A stretch of 51,652 bases of DNA from Abditibacteriaceae bacterium (GCA_031425655.1 JANPJS010000222.1:1-51652), one strand, 5' to 3'; positions 28,504 through 39,715 are shown, counted from the first letter of the stretch. The notes: generated by a model not told the origin, from the letters alone. Translations and numbers: made by a program.

Positions 28504-28550
28504 TGCTGTTTTGGAAGTAAGGTGAGATTTTCTGTATCAAACTTTTACTG

Positions 28551-28586
28551 AAAAATCAGCGGAAAGCGTTATCGGCTTTCCGCTGA
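28551..28586 (-). terminator. Intrinsic terminator
   Basis: Minus strand tcagcggaaagc-loop-gctttccgctga followed by TTTTT, just after the 28594 stop. Confidence 0.75.
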
Positions 28587-28593
28587 CCTATGA

Positions 28594-29139
28594 TTACGAA
28601 TTTGCCGAAAAATCGTCGGGCCGAATTTCGCCGTTGGCGTTGAGTTTGGCATCGCGCCCACCGCTTTCACGCCCGCCGGGGTTGAGATTCTTGCCTTCAC
28701 GCCGGGCTTCGCGTGAGCTTTCGTGTCCCGGCTCGCGGGTTTTGGCATCGCGCGGCTCTGCTTTGCTTTCCGCCGGCTTTTCCACCGGCTTTTTTTCGGT
28801 CGCGGGCGCTTGGCCGGTGAGTTGAAAAAGTTGTGCGGCGTCTTTCAAGCGAAGGCGGAAATCAAGGACTTCGGCTTCGGAAATCGGCCCGACATCCTGC
28901 AATCGGTCGCGTTCGACATCGCTGAGTTCATCGCGCGCCGGCTGGAGAAAGCCCCAGTCCCAGCGCTCTTCGGGCACGAACATCTGGCCCATCCGCTTGC
29001 AGCGCCGGCAACGAAACTTCACGTAGATATAAGTTCGGCCCGGCTCGCGCTCATACAAATCGGTGCGCATGATTTCTTTGCCGCGAATTTGATGGCCGCA
29101 ACACCGGCACTTCACCATTGGTTTACTCATGCTGCTCAT
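28594..29139 (-). CDS. Hypothetical zinc-ribbon protein
   Basis: CRCC...CRRC pair, acidic middle, low-complexity tail; followed by its own terminator. Confidence 0.75.
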   Translation of the reverse strand: MSSMSKPMVKCRCCGHQIRGKEIMRTDLYEREPGRTYIYVKFRCRRCKRMGQMFVPEERWDWGFLQPARDELSDVERDRLQDVGPISEAEVLDFRLRLKDAAQLFQLTGQAPATEKKPVEKPAESKAEPRDAKTREPGHESSREARREGKNLNPGGRESGGRDAKLNANGEIRPDDFSANS

Positions 29140-29366
29140 GGAGAAATCCTCCAGAAATCAGTATAGCCCGTTCAAATATGGAGTGCGAAGTGCGGAATGG
29201 GCAGACTTGAAGCTTGACGAATATTTAACGCCGTTGGCAGGTGATAGACGACCGCAGCCTCTTATAATCTTTGTTGGCATCTCAAAGTTCGCGCAATGCG
29301 TTCTGCGACGAGCGCCGTTGTGCTTTCTGTCTTTCGTTTGCGCCCAAATGAATGAGGAGCGTTTTT

Positions 29367-31934
29367 ATGGCCATCCCCGCACCGCTGCCACCCGATGAAA
29401 CCTCGCGATTGGAGGCTTTGCGCAACCTTCGGATGTTGGATACCGCGCCGGAGGCGGATTTCGACGATGTCACCCGACTGGCGTCACACATCTGTGGCGT
29501 GCCTATCGCATTGGTCAGCATGGTAGATGCCGACCGCCAATGGTTCAAGTCGCGCGTCGGTTTAGAGGCTACCGAGACTCCGCGTGACATGGCGTTTTGC
29601 GCTCACGCGATTCTACAGCGCGAACTGTTCGTAGTTCCAAACGCTCTGGAAGACGAGCGATTTGTAAATAATCCGCTGGTGACGGGGGAGCCGAATATCC
29701 GATTTTATGCGGGAATGCCGTTGATCACCTCGGACGGCTACGCTTTTGGCACGCTTTGCGTCATTGACCGCGTGCCGCGACAACTGACCCACGAGCAGCA
29801 GGACGCCTTGCGCGTGCTGGCCCGCCAGGTTGTGATGCAATCTGAAACGCGCCAACGAGTCATTGAATTAGAGCATATTTGTGGCGCTCAACGCGAAACG
29901 CAGGCGGCATTGGCCGAAAGCGAGGAGCGATACCGCGATTTGTTTGAAAACGCCCACGACCTCATCCAGTCGGTGGGAATGGATGGACGGTTTCTCTACG
30001 TCAATCGCGCCTGGCGCGATGCGTTCGGTTACAGCGACGATGAGTTGAACGGCATGACCATGTTCGACGTGCTGCATCCCGATTCGTTGGCGCATTGCCA
30101 GGCAATGTTCCAGCGCGTGATGGCTGGAGAGCGACTCGACGGCGTGGTGGCGCGCTTCATCGCCAGAGACGGCAGGGTGCTGATTCTCGAAGGCAATAGC
30201 AGTTGCCGGATGGAGGGCGGCAAGCCGGTCGCCACGCGCAGCATCTTCCGCGACGTAACGGAGCGCCGATTGGTTGAAGTGGAGCGGGAGGAACGTCACC
30301 GGCTGGCGGCCCTGGTCGCCGATGTGGGCGCCGCTCTGACGGGACACAGCGATTTGTCCTGCATGATGCACCAGTGCGCCGAGGCGATGGTGCATCATCT
30401 GGACGTGGCTTTCGCGCGGATTTGGACGCTGAGTGACGCAGAGAACGTCTTGGAGTTAGAGGCCAGCGCCGGGATGTATACCCATCTGGATGGCCCGCAT
30501 GGCCGCGTGCCGGTCGGTAAATTCAAAATCGGCCTCATCGCCGCCGAGCGTCTGCCGCACCTGACGAATCAGGTTATCGGAGACCCGCGCGTCAGTGATC
30601 AGGAGTGGGCTAAAAAAGAAGGCATGGTCGCCTTTGCCGGATATCCGCTCTTGTTGGATGAGAATGTGGTCGGTGTGGTGGCCGTTTTCGCGCGGCGGCC
30701 TCTGTCGGAGTTCGAGTTAAAGGCTTTGGGTTCCGTCGCCAATAAGATCGCGCTCGGCATCGAGCGCCGGCGAGTCGAGGACAAACTCCAGAAAGTCCTG
30801 ACCTGGCAACAGGCCATTGTGAACAGCGCCAACTTCACCATCATTTCAACCGATGAAAAAGGCATCATCCGCACCTTCAATCGAGGCGCGGAGGCGCTCC
30901 TGGGCTATGCCGCTGCTGAAGTGGTGGATAAAATCACGCCGTCGATCCTGCACGATGCCGACGAAGTTGTTGCGCACGCGGCGGCGCTGTCGCTCGAATT
31001 GGGCCGTTCCATCGAGCCGGGCTTCGAGGTGTTCGTCACCAAAGCGCGCGCGGCAGTCGCCGATGAAAACGAATGGACATACGTTCGCAGGGACGGCAGT
31101 CGTTTTCCGGTGCTACTCTCGGTGACGGCGCTTCGCAATGAGTCCGGGACGATTACCGGCTTTCTTGGCATCGGTGCCGATATTACGGAGCGCAAGCGCC
31201 TTCAAAGCGAGGAAACGCGTCTTCGTCGCCAATTGGAGATAGCCAATCAGGAACTCAGGGATTTCGCCTACGTGGTGTCGCACGATCTCAAAGCGCCGCT
31301 GCGTGCCATCGCTTCGCTGGCAGGTTGGATCGCCGACGATTACGCCGATAAGCTCGACGACGACGGACGCGAGCAGTTGGCATTGTTGCAGGGGCGCGTG
31401 CAACGGATGCACAATTTGATCGAAGGCATTTTGCAATATTCGCGCGTAGGCCGTATCGGTGAAGAGGGTGAACCGGTAGACCTCAGCGTGCTGGTTCCCG
31501 ATGTGGTTGACGCGCTGGCGCCGCCGCCGCACGTCGAAGTCAAAATCCTCACTTCGCTGCCAGTGGTGCGCGGCGACCGCACTCGATTGACGCAACTCTT
31601 TCAAAATTTGCTGAGCAACGCGGTGAAGTTCCTCGACAAGCCGCAGGGCGAAATTGGCATAAACTGTCAGGCGGAGGGCGGTTTTTGGCACTTCGCTGTA
31701 TCCGATAACGGCCCCGGCATCGAAGAGCGGCATTTCGCCCGTATTTTTCAGCTTTTTCAGACACTTACGCCGCGCGACGAGTTCGAGAGCACGGGCATCG
31801 GCCTCTCAATCGTTAAAAAAATCGTGGAACAGTGTGCCGGCTCGGTGTGGGTGGAGTCCCTGGTCGGCGCAGGCACCACGTTTCACTTTACACTGCCCCG
31901 TGTCCCCGCCGGGCCACATCAGGAGACACCATGA
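29367..31934 (+). CDS. GAF-PAS-GAF-PAS histidine kinase (Cph1-type transmitter)
   Basis: [63 protein letters not shown] gaggag. Confidence 0.92.
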   Translation: MAIPAPLPPDETSRLEALRNLRMLDTAPEADFDDVTRLASHICGVPIALVSMVDADRQWFKSRVGLEATETPRDMAFCAHAILQRELFVVPNALEDERFVNNPLVTGEPNIRFYAGMPLITSDGYAFGTLCVIDRVPRQLTHEQQDALRVLARQVVMQSETRQRVIELEHICGAQRETQAALAESEERYRDLFENAHDLIQSVGMDGRFLYVNRAWRDAFGYSDDELNGMTMFDVLHPDSLAHCQAMFQRVMAGERLDGVVARFIARDGRVLILEGNSSCRMEGGKPVATRSIFRDVTERRLVEVEREERHRLAALVADVGAALTGHSDLSCMMHQCAEAMVHHLDVAFARIWTLSDAENVLELEASAGMYTHLDGPHGRVPVGKFKIGLIAAERLPHLTNQVIGDPRVSDQEWAKKEGMVAFAGYPLLLDENVVGVVAVFARRPLSEFELKALGSVANKIALGIERRRVEDKLQKVLTWQQAIVNSANFTIISTDEKGIIRTFNRGAEALLGYAAAEVVDKITPSILHDADEVVAHAAALSLELGRSIEPGFEVFVTKARAAVADENEWTYVRRDGSRFPVLLSVTALRNESGTITGFLGIGADITERKRLQSEETRLRRQLEIANQELRDFAYVVSHDLKAPLRAIASLAGWIADDYADKLDDDGREQLALLQGRVQRMHNLIEGILQYSRVGRIGEEGEPVDLSVLVPDVVDALAPPPHVEVKILTSLPVVRGDRTRLTQLFQNLLSNAVKFLDKPQGEIGINCQAEGGFWHFAVSDNGPGIEERHFARIFQLFQTLTPRDEFESTGIGLSIVKKIVEQCAGSVWVESLVGAGTTFHFTLPRVPAGPHQETP

Positions 31935-32344
31935 ACGATTCCCATCCCATTTTGCTCGTCGAGGACGACCGCGTTGACGTGATGACCGTCAAGCGCGCTT
32001 TCAAGGAACTGAACCTTATCAATCGCCTTCACGTTGTCGGCAACGGCGAAGAAGCTCTGGAATACTTGCGTGATTCCGCTAATATACGGCCCGCCTTCAT
32101 TCTGCTCGACCTTAATATGCCGCGCATGAACGGCATTGAGTTTCTGCACGCCGTCAAAGTTGATGAAACGCTGCGGCGCATTCCCGTGATCATGCTCACG
32201 ACCTCGCATGAGGAGCGCGACAAAATCGAATCGTTCAACCTGTCCGTCAGCGGCTATATATGCAAGCCGGTGGGTTTTCACGAATTCGTCGAAGTTATTA
32301 AGACGATTAACCTTTACTGGACGTTGAACGAGCAACCCGCATGA
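31931..32344 (+). CDS. Rcp1-like single-domain response regulator
   Basis: [34 protein letters not shown] and YW motifs; ATG 31931 with RBS aggag. Confidence 0.92.
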   Translation: MNDSHPILLVEDDRVDVMTVKRAFKELNLINRLHVVGNGEEALEYLRDSANIRPAFILLDLNMPRMNGIEFLHAVKVDETLRRIPVIMLTTSHEERDKIESFNLSVSGYICKPVGFHEFVEVIKTINLYWTLNEQPA

Positions 32345-34719
32345 AAAATATGGAAACGCTCAACGTTTTGCTGGTCGAGGACGATCAGGTGGATCAAATG
32401 GCGTTTCGCCGCCTCGTGACGACCGAGAATCTGCCCTATCAATTTCAAATCGTTTCCAGTGTGGCGGAAGCCAAAGAGTTGCTGGCGCGCGAAAAATTCG
32501 ACGTCATCATCGCCGATTATGCGTTGGGCGACGGCACTGGTTTCGAGGTGCTTGAAGCGGCGCCGGAAGTGCCGACCATCATCGCTACCGGCGGGCGCGA
32601 TGCCAGTCGCGCCGTAACGGCCATGAAGGCGGGCGCCTACGATTACATCGTAAAGGACTATGATCGCGGATATTTGCAGGTGTTGCCCCATTTGATCGGC
32701 AATGCGGTGGCGCGCTACCGCGAGATCGCAGAGCATCGCGTCACAGAGGAGCGATTGCGCCAGAGCGAGGAGCGATTTCGCCACGCTTTCGAGGACGCGC
32801 CTATCGGCATGGCGCTCGTGGCGCCTGAGGGCCGCTGGCTGCGTGTGAACGCGCGTCTGTGTGAGATTCTCGGTTATGAGACGGAGCAATTGCTCGGCAT
32901 GACGTTTCAGGACATCACCCATCCCGACGACCAGGATACCATTCAATTTGCGTGGCGCCTGCTGAGCGGCGAAATTCGCCATTACCAAATTGAAAAGCGA
33001 TATCTCCACCGTGACGGCCACGTCGTGTGGGTGCTGCTTGACGTGTCGCTGGTGCTCGCGGAGCCGGACGGCGCTCCGCTGTATTTCATCGCGCAGATTC
33101 AGGACATCACTGATCGCAAGCGCCTTGAGGCAGAGTTGGCCGCCGCGCGAGACGAGGCGCTCGAATCGGCGCAGGCCAAGTCGCAGTTTTTGGCCAACAT
33201 GAGCCACGAAATCCGCACGCCGATGAACGGCATCATCGGCATGACGGATTTGCTACTGGGCACGCAGCTCAATGCGAGTCAACGGGATTTCGCGCAGACG
33301 ATTCAAGGGGCGGGCAACGCGCTACTGGGGCTTATCAATGACATTCTCGATCTGTCGAAGATCGAATCTGGAAAAATGGCTCTGGACGAGGCGGATTTCT
33401 CGCTGCGCGAATTCATTGAGGAAGCGGCGCGCCTCTTCGAGCCGCAGGCCAGTGCCAAAGGTATCGCGCTTGCGACACTGGTTTATAGCGACGTGCCTCC
33501 CATGCTGCATGGCGACGAAGGCCGCCTCCGCCAAATTCTGGTTAATTTGGTGGGCAATGCCCTGAAATTCACCAAGCAGGGCGAAGTGATGGTGCGCGTG
33601 ACGTGCGAAGCCGACGATGGACGCGGCACGATGCTACGTTTCGCGGTGAGTGACACCGGCATCGGCATCGCGCCCGAAGCGCAGGCCCGCATTTTCGAGT
33701 CGTTCGCGCAAGCCGACGGCTCGACGACGCGCGAATATGGCGGCACCGGATTGGGATTGGCCATTTGTCGCCAAATCGTCAGGTTGATGGGCGGTGAAAT
33801 CGGCGCCAAGAGCGAGTTTGGTCGCGGCGCGACATTTTGGTTCACGGCGCGCTTCGTGCCGTCTCAGGCATCGGACGCCGCGCCGCAGCCGGCCATGCCC
33901 GTGTTCCGTCCACAGCAAGATGTTGCGCCGCGCGAGGCGCGTCCGGCACGCCTGCTTTTGGTGGAAGATCATCCGGTCAATCAGAAAGTGCTGCTGCTGC
34001 AAATGGCTGAGTTGGGCTATGCCGCTGATGTGGCAGCCAACGGCCAGGAGGCGCTGGCCGCGCTCGAATGCGGAACCTATGACTTGGTTTTGATGGATTG
34101 CCAGATGCCTGTGATGGATGGTTACAGCGCTGCGTCGGAGATTCGGCGCCGTGAAGGCGACGGGCGCCACACTCCGGTGGTGGCGCTGACGGCGCACGCT
34201 TTGTCCGGAGAGCGCGACAAATGCATCGCGGCGGGCATGGATGATTATCTGAGCAAGCCGGTAAAGTCGGCGGATTTGGCTGCGATGCTGGAACGCTGGT
34301 TACCGGCACAAACAACTGTTGGCGAGGAGTCTCTAAACGGCCCGACGGTTGAAGACGAGTTGCCTGCCGTGATCAACGCGGCAACGCTGGAGAATTTGCG
34401 GCGGATTCAGTCAGTTTCTTCGCCCGGACTGTTGAGTGATTTGGTAACAACCTTTGTGGAGCAAACCGAGAAACACTTGGTGCTGTTGCGTCAGGCTGTC
34501 GCCGATGGCGACGCACGAGCCGCGACTTATGCGGCCCATACTCTGCACGGCAGCAGTCTGCAATTGGGCGCCGACCGCTTTGGACTATTGTGTGGTGCGC
34601 TCGAAGCGCGCGGACAAGACGGTGACCTGAGCGGTGCCGACGACGAACTGTCGCGCATCGAAACCGAGTGGCAGGTGACGCGCCGGGCAGTGGAGACAGA
34701 AGCGGCGCGACACGATTGA
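32341..34719 (+). CDS. Hybrid histidine kinase REC-PAS-HisKA-HATPase-REC-Hpt
   Basis: [34 protein letters not shown] and AHTLHGSS (Hpt) motifs. Confidence 0.93.
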   Translation: MKNMETLNVLLVEDDQVDQMAFRRLVTTENLPYQFQIVSSVAEAKELLAREKFDVIIADYALGDGTGFEVLEAAPEVPTIIATGGRDASRAVTAMKAGAYDYIVKDYDRGYLQVLPHLIGNAVARYREIAEHRVTEERLRQSEERFRHAFEDAPIGMALVAPEGRWLRVNARLCEILGYETEQLLGMTFQDITHPDDQDTIQFAWRLLSGEIRHYQIEKRYLHRDGHVVWVLLDVSLVLAEPDGAPLYFIAQIQDITDRKRLEAELAAARDEALESAQAKSQFLANMSHEIRTPMNGIIGMTDLLLGTQLNASQRDFAQTIQGAGNALLGLINDILDLSKIESGKMALDEADFSLREFIEEAARLFEPQASAKGIALATLVYSDVPPMLHGDEGRLRQILVNLVGNALKFTKQGEVMVRVTCEADDGRGTMLRFAVSDTGIGIAPEAQARIFESFAQADGSTTREYGGTGLGLAICRQIVRLMGGEIGAKSEFGRGATFWFTARFVPSQASDAAPQPAMPVFRPQQDVAPREARPARLLLVEDHPVNQKVLLLQMAELGYAADVAANGQEALAALECGTYDLVLMDCQMPVMDGYSAASEIRRREGDGRHTPVVALTAHALSGERDKCIAAGMDDYLSKPVKSADLAAMLERWLPAQTTVGEESLNGPTVEDELPAVINAATLENLRRIQSVSSPGLLSDLVTTFVEQTEKHLVLLRQAVADGDARAATYAAHTLHGSSLQLGADRFGLLCGALEARGQDGDLSGADDELSRIETEWQVTRRAVETEAARHD

Positions 34720-34729
34720 AGGAACAGCA

Positions 34730-35686
34730 GTGGACATCAAAAGAGTTCTAATCGCCGATGACGATGCGGTGACACGCCACATATTGCGGGCCGCATTGGA
34801 AGAATGGAACTACGAAGTGGTGTCCTGCTCCAACGGCACCGAGGCGCTGGCGGTGCTGCTGGCCCCCGACGCGCCACAGGTGGCTATCCTCGATTGGATC
34901 ATGCCGGATGTCAGCGGCCCGGAAATTTGCGCGCGCGTGCGGCGGGAAGGCAGCGTTCCTTATCCTATCATGCTGTTGCTGACAATCAAGGAAGGCACGA
35001 AGAATCTTGTCGAGGGCCTGGCGGCGGGTGCCGACGATTATCTTGTCAAGCCCATCGCGCCCTCGGAGTTGCAGGCGCGTTTGCAAGCGGCCTGGCGCGT
35101 GGTGGAATCGCACGATGAATTGCTCTCTGTGCAACACAAACTGGAATCGTTGGCCGCCCGCGACGATCTCACCAACGCCTGGAACAGGCGCGCTGTCCTG
35201 GATATTTTGCGCGGCGAGATCAGCCGCGCCGCGCGCGGCACGCCGGTGGCGGTGGCAATGGTTGACGTTGATCATTTCAAGCAGGTCAATGACCAATATG
35301 GCCATCAAGTCGGCGACGAAGTATTGATTGAATTCGTGCGACGCGTGGGCCACACGATTCGAGACTATGACGATCTGGCGCGCTACGGCGGCGAGGAGTT
35401 TCTGATCGTCTTTCCCGGTTGCGACGTGCCTTGTGCCCTGGGTTTGTGCGAGCGGGTGCGGCGTTGCGTGGTGGAGACTCCTTTCGATACTTCGGCAGGG
35501 CCAATCATGCTTTCGGTCAGCATCGGTGTGGCGATATGTGGCGGCGCGTCGGACTCCGCCGGCCCGCCACGCGATCGCAGAGGGATGATACAAGAAATCA
35601 TCGCCCACGCCGACGCCGCACTCTATGCCGCTAAACGTGGGGGCCGTGACCGCCTGATGGTATACGAAGACTCGAAACACGCCTGA
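34730..35686 (+). CDS. REC-GGDEF diguanylate cyclase
   Basis: DVDHFK.VND.YGH..GD, RDYD I-site and intact RYGGEEF. Confidence 0.93.
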   Translation: MDIKRVLIADDDAVTRHILRAALEEWNYEVVSCSNGTEALAVLLAPDAPQVAILDWIMPDVSGPEICARVRREGSVPYPIMLLLTIKEGTKNLVEGLAAGADDYLVKPIAPSELQARLQAAWRVVESHDELLSVQHKLESLAARDDLTNAWNRRAVLDILRGEISRAARGTPVAVAMVDVDHFKQVNDQYGHQVGDEVLIEFVRRVGHTIRDYDDLARYGGEEFLIVFPGCDVPCALGLCERVRRCVVETPFDTSAGPIMLSVSIGVAICGGASDSAGPPRDRRGMIQEIIAHADAALYAAKRGGRDRLMVYEDSKHA

Positions 35687-35734
35687 TCCCGGTCTTGCTT
35701 CGATGTCGTCCATTGCCGCATAATAAATGGCATC

Positions 35735-36430
35735 ATGCAAGCGGAGAAGCCTCTCGTTCTGGTCATTGATGACGATATCGTCATCCAGCGTTATCTGGAA
35801 TCGGTTTTGCCGGGCCAGGGCTTTCTCGTTACGGTGGCGGGCACCGGCGCCGAAGGCATCGCGCAAGCCGCGTCGCTGCGCCCGGCGATCATATTGCTCG
35901 ACTTGGGATTGCCCGACATGGACGGCGCCGTAGTCACTCGACAGCTCCGCGAATGGTGCCACACGCCGATCATTATTCTCTCCGTGCGCCAGGACGAAAG
36001 CGACAAAATTGCTGTGCTCGACGAGGGGGCGGACGATTATCTCGTTAAGCCCTTCAGCGTGCCGGAGTTAGCGGCCCGCATCCGCGCCGCCGCCCGCCGC
36101 GCTGCGCTGGCGGGCAGCGAGAACGATCCCATTGTCACCGTCAGAGAGATACGAATTGACTTGAACCTGCGCCGCGTCACGCGCAACGGGCAGGAAATTC
36201 ATCTAACGCGCCTCGAATTCAAGTTACTGGCAGCGCTGGCGCGGCGCGCGGGACAGCTTGTGACCAGTGATAAGATTCTCAAAGAGGTGTGGGGGCCGGA
36301 ATACGGCACCGAGACGAACTATTTGCGCATTTATATCAAGCAGTTGCGTGACAAACTGGGCGACGATCCCGCGCAACCCCACATTCTTCGCACCGAGGCA
36401 GGCATTGGCTATCGGCTTCTGGTGGACTGA
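35735..36430 (+). CDS. OmpR-family response regulator, KdpE-like
   Basis: LLDLGLPDMDG, LREW...PIIILS, VWGP...TNYLRIYI.QLR.KL.DDPA.P...TE.GIGYR. Confidence 0.9.
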   Translation: MQAEKPLVLVIDDDIVIQRYLESVLPGQGFLVTVAGTGAEGIAQAASLRPAIILLDLGLPDMDGAVVTRQLREWCHTPIIILSVRQDESDKIAVLDEGADDYLVKPFSVPELAARIRAAARRAALAGSENDPIVTVREIRIDLNLRRVTRNGQEIHLTRLEFKLLAALARRAGQLVTSDKILKEVWGPEYGTETNYLRIYIKQLRDKLGDDPAQPHILRTEAGIGYRLLVD

Positions 36431-36431
36431 A

Positions 36432-36474
36432 ACAAAAACGAGGCTGGAGCGATATGCTCCAGCCTCGTTTTTGT
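36432..36474. terminator. Bidirectional intrinsic terminator
   Basis: Perfect 19-bp stem acaaaaacgaggctggagc/gctccagcctcgtttttgt between convergent genes. Confidence 0.88.
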
Positions 36475-36482
36475 CTCTGGTT

Positions 36483-37451
36483 TCATTCACCGTCAGATGT
36501 CGAATCTAATACCTCGGAGCGAAACGTCATTGACCAACTCCAGTGCAGGAAGCATCGTTCCTCGCCGGTAGTCTGCGCGCGGCGGAATCCTTCTTCGGCC
36601 AGACGAATCAATTCGTCAGCCGAAACCGCGTCGTAATAACTGCTGACCGTCACACCGATTTTCGAGCGAAAGCCCTGAGGGTGGCGCTCTGTCTCGAAAT
36701 TTCGCGTCCAAACGTTAATATTTTCCGCGAGTGTCATGGCCTGGCCGGTGTCCCGGTTTGGGAACACAAGCATTAACTTGTCGGTGCCGTAGCGTCCGAA
36801 GGTGTAACCCGCCCCTAAGCCCTCTCGCAGATGTGTGACGATAATGCCGAACAATTGATCGGTATCGTTGCCAGGACTCTCTTCATTGACCGGTGGCAAA
36901 TCGTCTAAGCCGATCATCATCACCGCCACCGACGCCTTCTGTTTCCACTGTTCGTCCAGAGAGAGGCGCAGTATTTCGACGATGTCGTCGCGGTTGAGGA
37001 GGGCGCCGAATATCGGTGCAGGTGGTGAGTCTGGCTTCGTTTCCGGCAATCCTGCTATGCGTGTAACGATGCGTCTCCCGGCCTCGACGCGCTCGCGCAA
37101 CTCGTCCAGATCAATCGGCTTAGTGAGGTAAGCGTCGGCACCAGCGCGCATTCCTTCGAGCAGGTTTTCGCGGCCCTGCTTCGCTGTCGCCAGCACTATG
37201 TAAACGTAGTCGCGTTGCAGTTTCTGGCGGATGCGCCGGCACAACTCAATGCCACTTATGCCGGGCATCACCCAGTCGAGCAGCATCATCACCGGTCCCT
37301 CTTCGTGTTGGAGCTTCTCCCAGGCATCTTCGCCGTCTCGACAAGGCACGATCTCATAGCCCCAGAGGTTCAATGCCTCCCAAAACAAGCGGCGGGTCAT
37401 GACGCAGTCGTCCACTACCAGAACACGAATTGGCTGCTTTGTATTGGGCAT
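36483..37451 (-). CDS. REC + degenerate GGDEF protein
   Basis: LLDWVMPG receiver; C-terminal GGDEF-like fold with RYGTDKL; start ATG 37451 is tentative. Confidence 0.8.
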   Translation of the reverse strand: MPNTKQPIRVLVVDDCVMTRRLFWEALNLWGYEIVPCRDGEDAWEKLQHEEGPVMMLLDWVMPGISGIELCRRIRQKLQRDYVYIVLATAKQGRENLLEGMRAGADAYLTKPIDLDELRERVEAGRRIVTRIAGLPETKPDSPPAPIFGALLNRDDIVEILRLSLDEQWKQKASVAVMMIGLDDLPPVNEESPGNDTDQLFGIIVTHLREGLGAGYTFGRYGTDKLMLVFPNRDTGQAMTLAENINVWTRNFETERHPQGFRSKIGVTVSSYYDAVSADELIRLAEEGFRRAQTTGEERCFLHWSWSMTFRSEVLDSTSDGE

Positions 37452-37484
37452 GGGTGGATTCCTTGGGTTGAAACAGTGCTTCAC

Positions 37485-37850
37485 TCAGCGCTGGAGGAGC
37501 GCAAAACGCTTCTCGCTGGCAGTGTGCCTTCGAGATTGAGATACATTTTTCCACCAGTGAGAGCATATGTCCATTGCGTGCCTACGATTTTGCCGTTGCG
37601 GGCTGGGAACAGGCGCGTCCATCTCAATTGGTGCGGTGCTGCTATGGCTCTCCTGCCGCCGGATGCGCTCCCAATCTCCCAGACGCTCGGTGCCTGTGTA
37701 ATCCAGTATTTCAGGATAGTGATGCACGAGGTGGGCAATGAAAGCGGCTCCCACACTGGTCGGAATGTAACCGGAACCTTTGCACAGGGCGCAGTTCGGA
37801 TTGTCGGCCCGGCAAATGGGGCAAGTGTGGATGAGGTCGTTCAGAGTCAT
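37485..37850 (-). CDS. Hypothetical small protein with CxxC/CxxCxGxG motifs
   Basis: CPIC...CALCKGSG; co-oriented with neighbours; start uncertain. Confidence 0.4.
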   Translation of the reverse strand: MTLNDLIHTCPICRADNPNCALCKGSGYIPTSVGAAFIAHLVHHYPEILDYTGTERLGDWERIRRQESHSSTAPIEMDAPVPSPQRQNRRHAMDICSHWWKNVSQSRRHTASEKRFALLQR

Positions 37851-38058
37851 CTGGGAGTTCCTATCGTGTGTCTTCATGGGTGTGGCGCGCCTTTCAAGGC
37901 GTGTGCTCAAAGACAGTTACTACGATGGTTACGGGCCAAAAGCGAAAGAATTGGAACTGTAATTGGCTGAAAGAGCGGCGGTTGCGACTTTCGTTTTCGC
38001 CAAAAGGCGCCGCTTATCGCCATGTCTCATCGCAATAACTGTCTTTGGACACAGGCTC

Positions 38059-38514
38059 TCAGGCAGCCAACGTGGACGTGCAGTGCGGGCAACGTGTCGC
38101 CGCCAACGGAATGGCCGAGACACAATGTGGGCATTCTTTGGTGGTCGGCGCTGGTGCTGCCTCGGCTTTGCGGAGGCGGTTGATTTGCTTGACGAGGAGG
38201 AAGACGACCAACGCCACCAGCGTGAAACCAATGACGGTGTTGATGAACTGGCCGTAGGCGATCACCGCAGCGCCCGCTTCCTTGGCGTCGGCGAGGCTGA
38301 CCACCGGCTTGCCGGCCTTGGTCAGTTTGTCCGGCGTGAGGTTGATGAGCAGGCTGGAAAAGTCAACCTTGCCCATCAACATGCCGAGCGGCGGCATGAG
38401 CACGTCCTCGGTGAGCGAGGTGACGATTTTTCCAAATGCGGCGCCAATGATAACGCCAATGGCCAAGTCAACCATGTTGCCCTTGAGGGCAAATTCCTTA
38501 AAGTCCTTCAACAT
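38059..38514 (-). CDS. mscL: Large-conductance mechanosensitive channel with C-terminal zinc ribbon
   Basis: [33 protein letters not shown] motifs; tail CPHC...CPHC; start moved to ATG 38514 (RBS aaggag). Confidence 0.95.
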   Translation of the reverse strand: MLKDFKEFALKGNMVDLAIGVIIGAAFGKIVTSLTEDVLMPPLGMLMGKVDFSSLLINLTPDKLTKAGKPVVSLADAKEAGAAVIAYGQFINTVIGFTLVALVVFLLVKQINRLRKAEAAPAPTTKECPHCVSAIPLAATRCPHCTSTLAA

Positions 38515-38589
38515 TCCAATCTCCTTGTTGTCGGTCGTTTTGACCGACATTTAATTTTGCATTTTTTCCTGCAATTGCCTACGGATGAA

Positions 38590-38628
38590 CCGTAAACCTT
38601 CCGTTAGCGCCCCGTAAGAAAACCGTAA
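38590..38628. promoter_or_regulatory. Four 11-bp-phased direct repeats (OmpR/KdpE-type site) upstream of mscL
   Basis: ccgtaa 38590, ccgtta 38601, ccgtaa 38612, ccgtaa 38623. Confidence 0.6.
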
Positions 38629-38651
38629 AATTAAATTCACGTTTCCTCTCC

Positions 38652-39206
38652 CTAACTTTGGCAATTAACGCGGCATGGCGTTGGTTTATTATTGTGGCAA
38701 AGCGAGATTTTATGTTGGGAACGCGCGGTCACAGATTCTATTCCATCAGACGGCAACGATGCCTTCCTGGGGACATCGTCGTCGTTCGGCCCAGAACGCC
38801 TTGAGCAAAACATCCAAAATGCGCGACCGATGAGGCACAAAAAGCAAAGTGTTCCAATTAAGGCTCCCGCAAGGGCAGAACCGATTGAATGCCCTGTCAA
38901 GATGGAAATAGTGATGGTGCTGCCAAGTCCGGCAAGCGCCGCCACGGGAACAGCCCTGGCCACTCGACCGCGCAGCACAGCCTCTTTCCGATCCTGCAAC
39001 CATAGATGCATGAGTTCACGCATCATGCCGACCGTCATCAACGGCACCCCGTCCACGATTTTCACGATGGAATCCGGTATCGTCTCGGAGATTTTAACCG
39101 AACGATTGCCCTTCTCTTCAACCAACTCCAACGTGTCGTCACAGACCCATTCAAACAAAATTTGGGTTGATACCCCAAAAGCGTGTCTTGCTTCTTTGAT
39201 CGTCAT
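38652..39206 (-). CDS. Hypothetical membrane protein with possible N-terminal HTH
   Basis: RBS aaggag; TIKEARHAFGVS..ILFEWV resembles an excisionase/MerR-like HTH; two hydrophobic segments. Confidence 0.5.
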   Translation of the reverse strand: MTIKEARHAFGVSTQILFEWVCDDTLELVEEKGNRSVKISETIPDSIVKIVDGVPLMTVGMMRELMHLWLQDRKEAVLRGRVARAVPVAALAGLGSTITISILTGHSIGSALAGALIGTLCFLCLIGRAFWMFCSRRSGPNDDDVPRKASLPSDGIESVTARSQHKISLCHNNKPTPCRVNCQS

Positions 39207-39329
39207 GATGCCGTTTACTCCTTCTGGAAAACCGTCGGTGTAGGATGCCGCGTCGGCTGCTTTTCACGGGCTGAGCATTGCAGGTAAGAGCCAACGTGAG
39301 CTATTCAACACTTTGATACGGCAACCCAC

Positions 39330-39491
39330 TTAATCTGCGTTCATTTGTTCGGCGGCGGCGTTGAAGGTGTTGGAGATGCGACGGCCCATGACCGTCAGCA
39401 CAGCGATCACCACCAGGGCGATCAGCGAGATCAGCAGCCCGTATTCCACCAGCGTTTGTCCTTCTTCATTCTGGATGAGTTGTTTCAACAT
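39330..39491 (-). CDS. flp: Flp/Fap-family type IVb (Tad) pilin, absent from the ORF track
   Basis: Manual translation MLKQLIQNEEG|QTLVEYGLLISLIALVVIAVLTVMGRRISNTFNAAAEQMNAD (53 aa): G|xxxxEY prepilin motif plus hydrophobic helix; RBS gaggtg. Confidence 0.92.
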   Translation of the reverse strand: MLKQLIQNEEGQTLVEYGLLISLIALVVIAVLTVMGRRISNTFNAAAEQMNAD

Positions 39492-39715
39492 GTGAGTTCA
39501 CCTCGCTTTGCAGGAGCCTCGGCCACCATTACGCTGCGGTCTGAAATAATTGTCCCTCACTCCACTCTATTGGACGACGGGAAAAACGTTAACTTTTCGT
39601 CGGGGACGCGTATTAAAACCGTTAAGAATAGTGCGCCAAGTCGTGGCAAGTAGGTATATTCCGGCGCCCGCTCCGGCGCCACGGTATAATGGTGTGCAAC
39701 ATAGGACGCCGTGCG

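Noticed and set aside
34748..35962. Long antisense ORFs (also 20902..22152, 37963..38595, 39345..39653, 45476..46252)
   Set aside because: They shadow well-supported genes on the opposite strand, as expected in GC-rich DNA.
37485..39206. Prophage or integrated-element remnant
   Set aside because: Only two hypothetical ORFs; no integrase, att site or phage gene is visible.
39492..39680. c-di-GMP riboswitch upstream of the pilin
   Set aside because: No class I (GGCAAA...GCAAAG two-stem) or class II pattern could be recognised by eye; an Infernal/Rfam scan would settle it.
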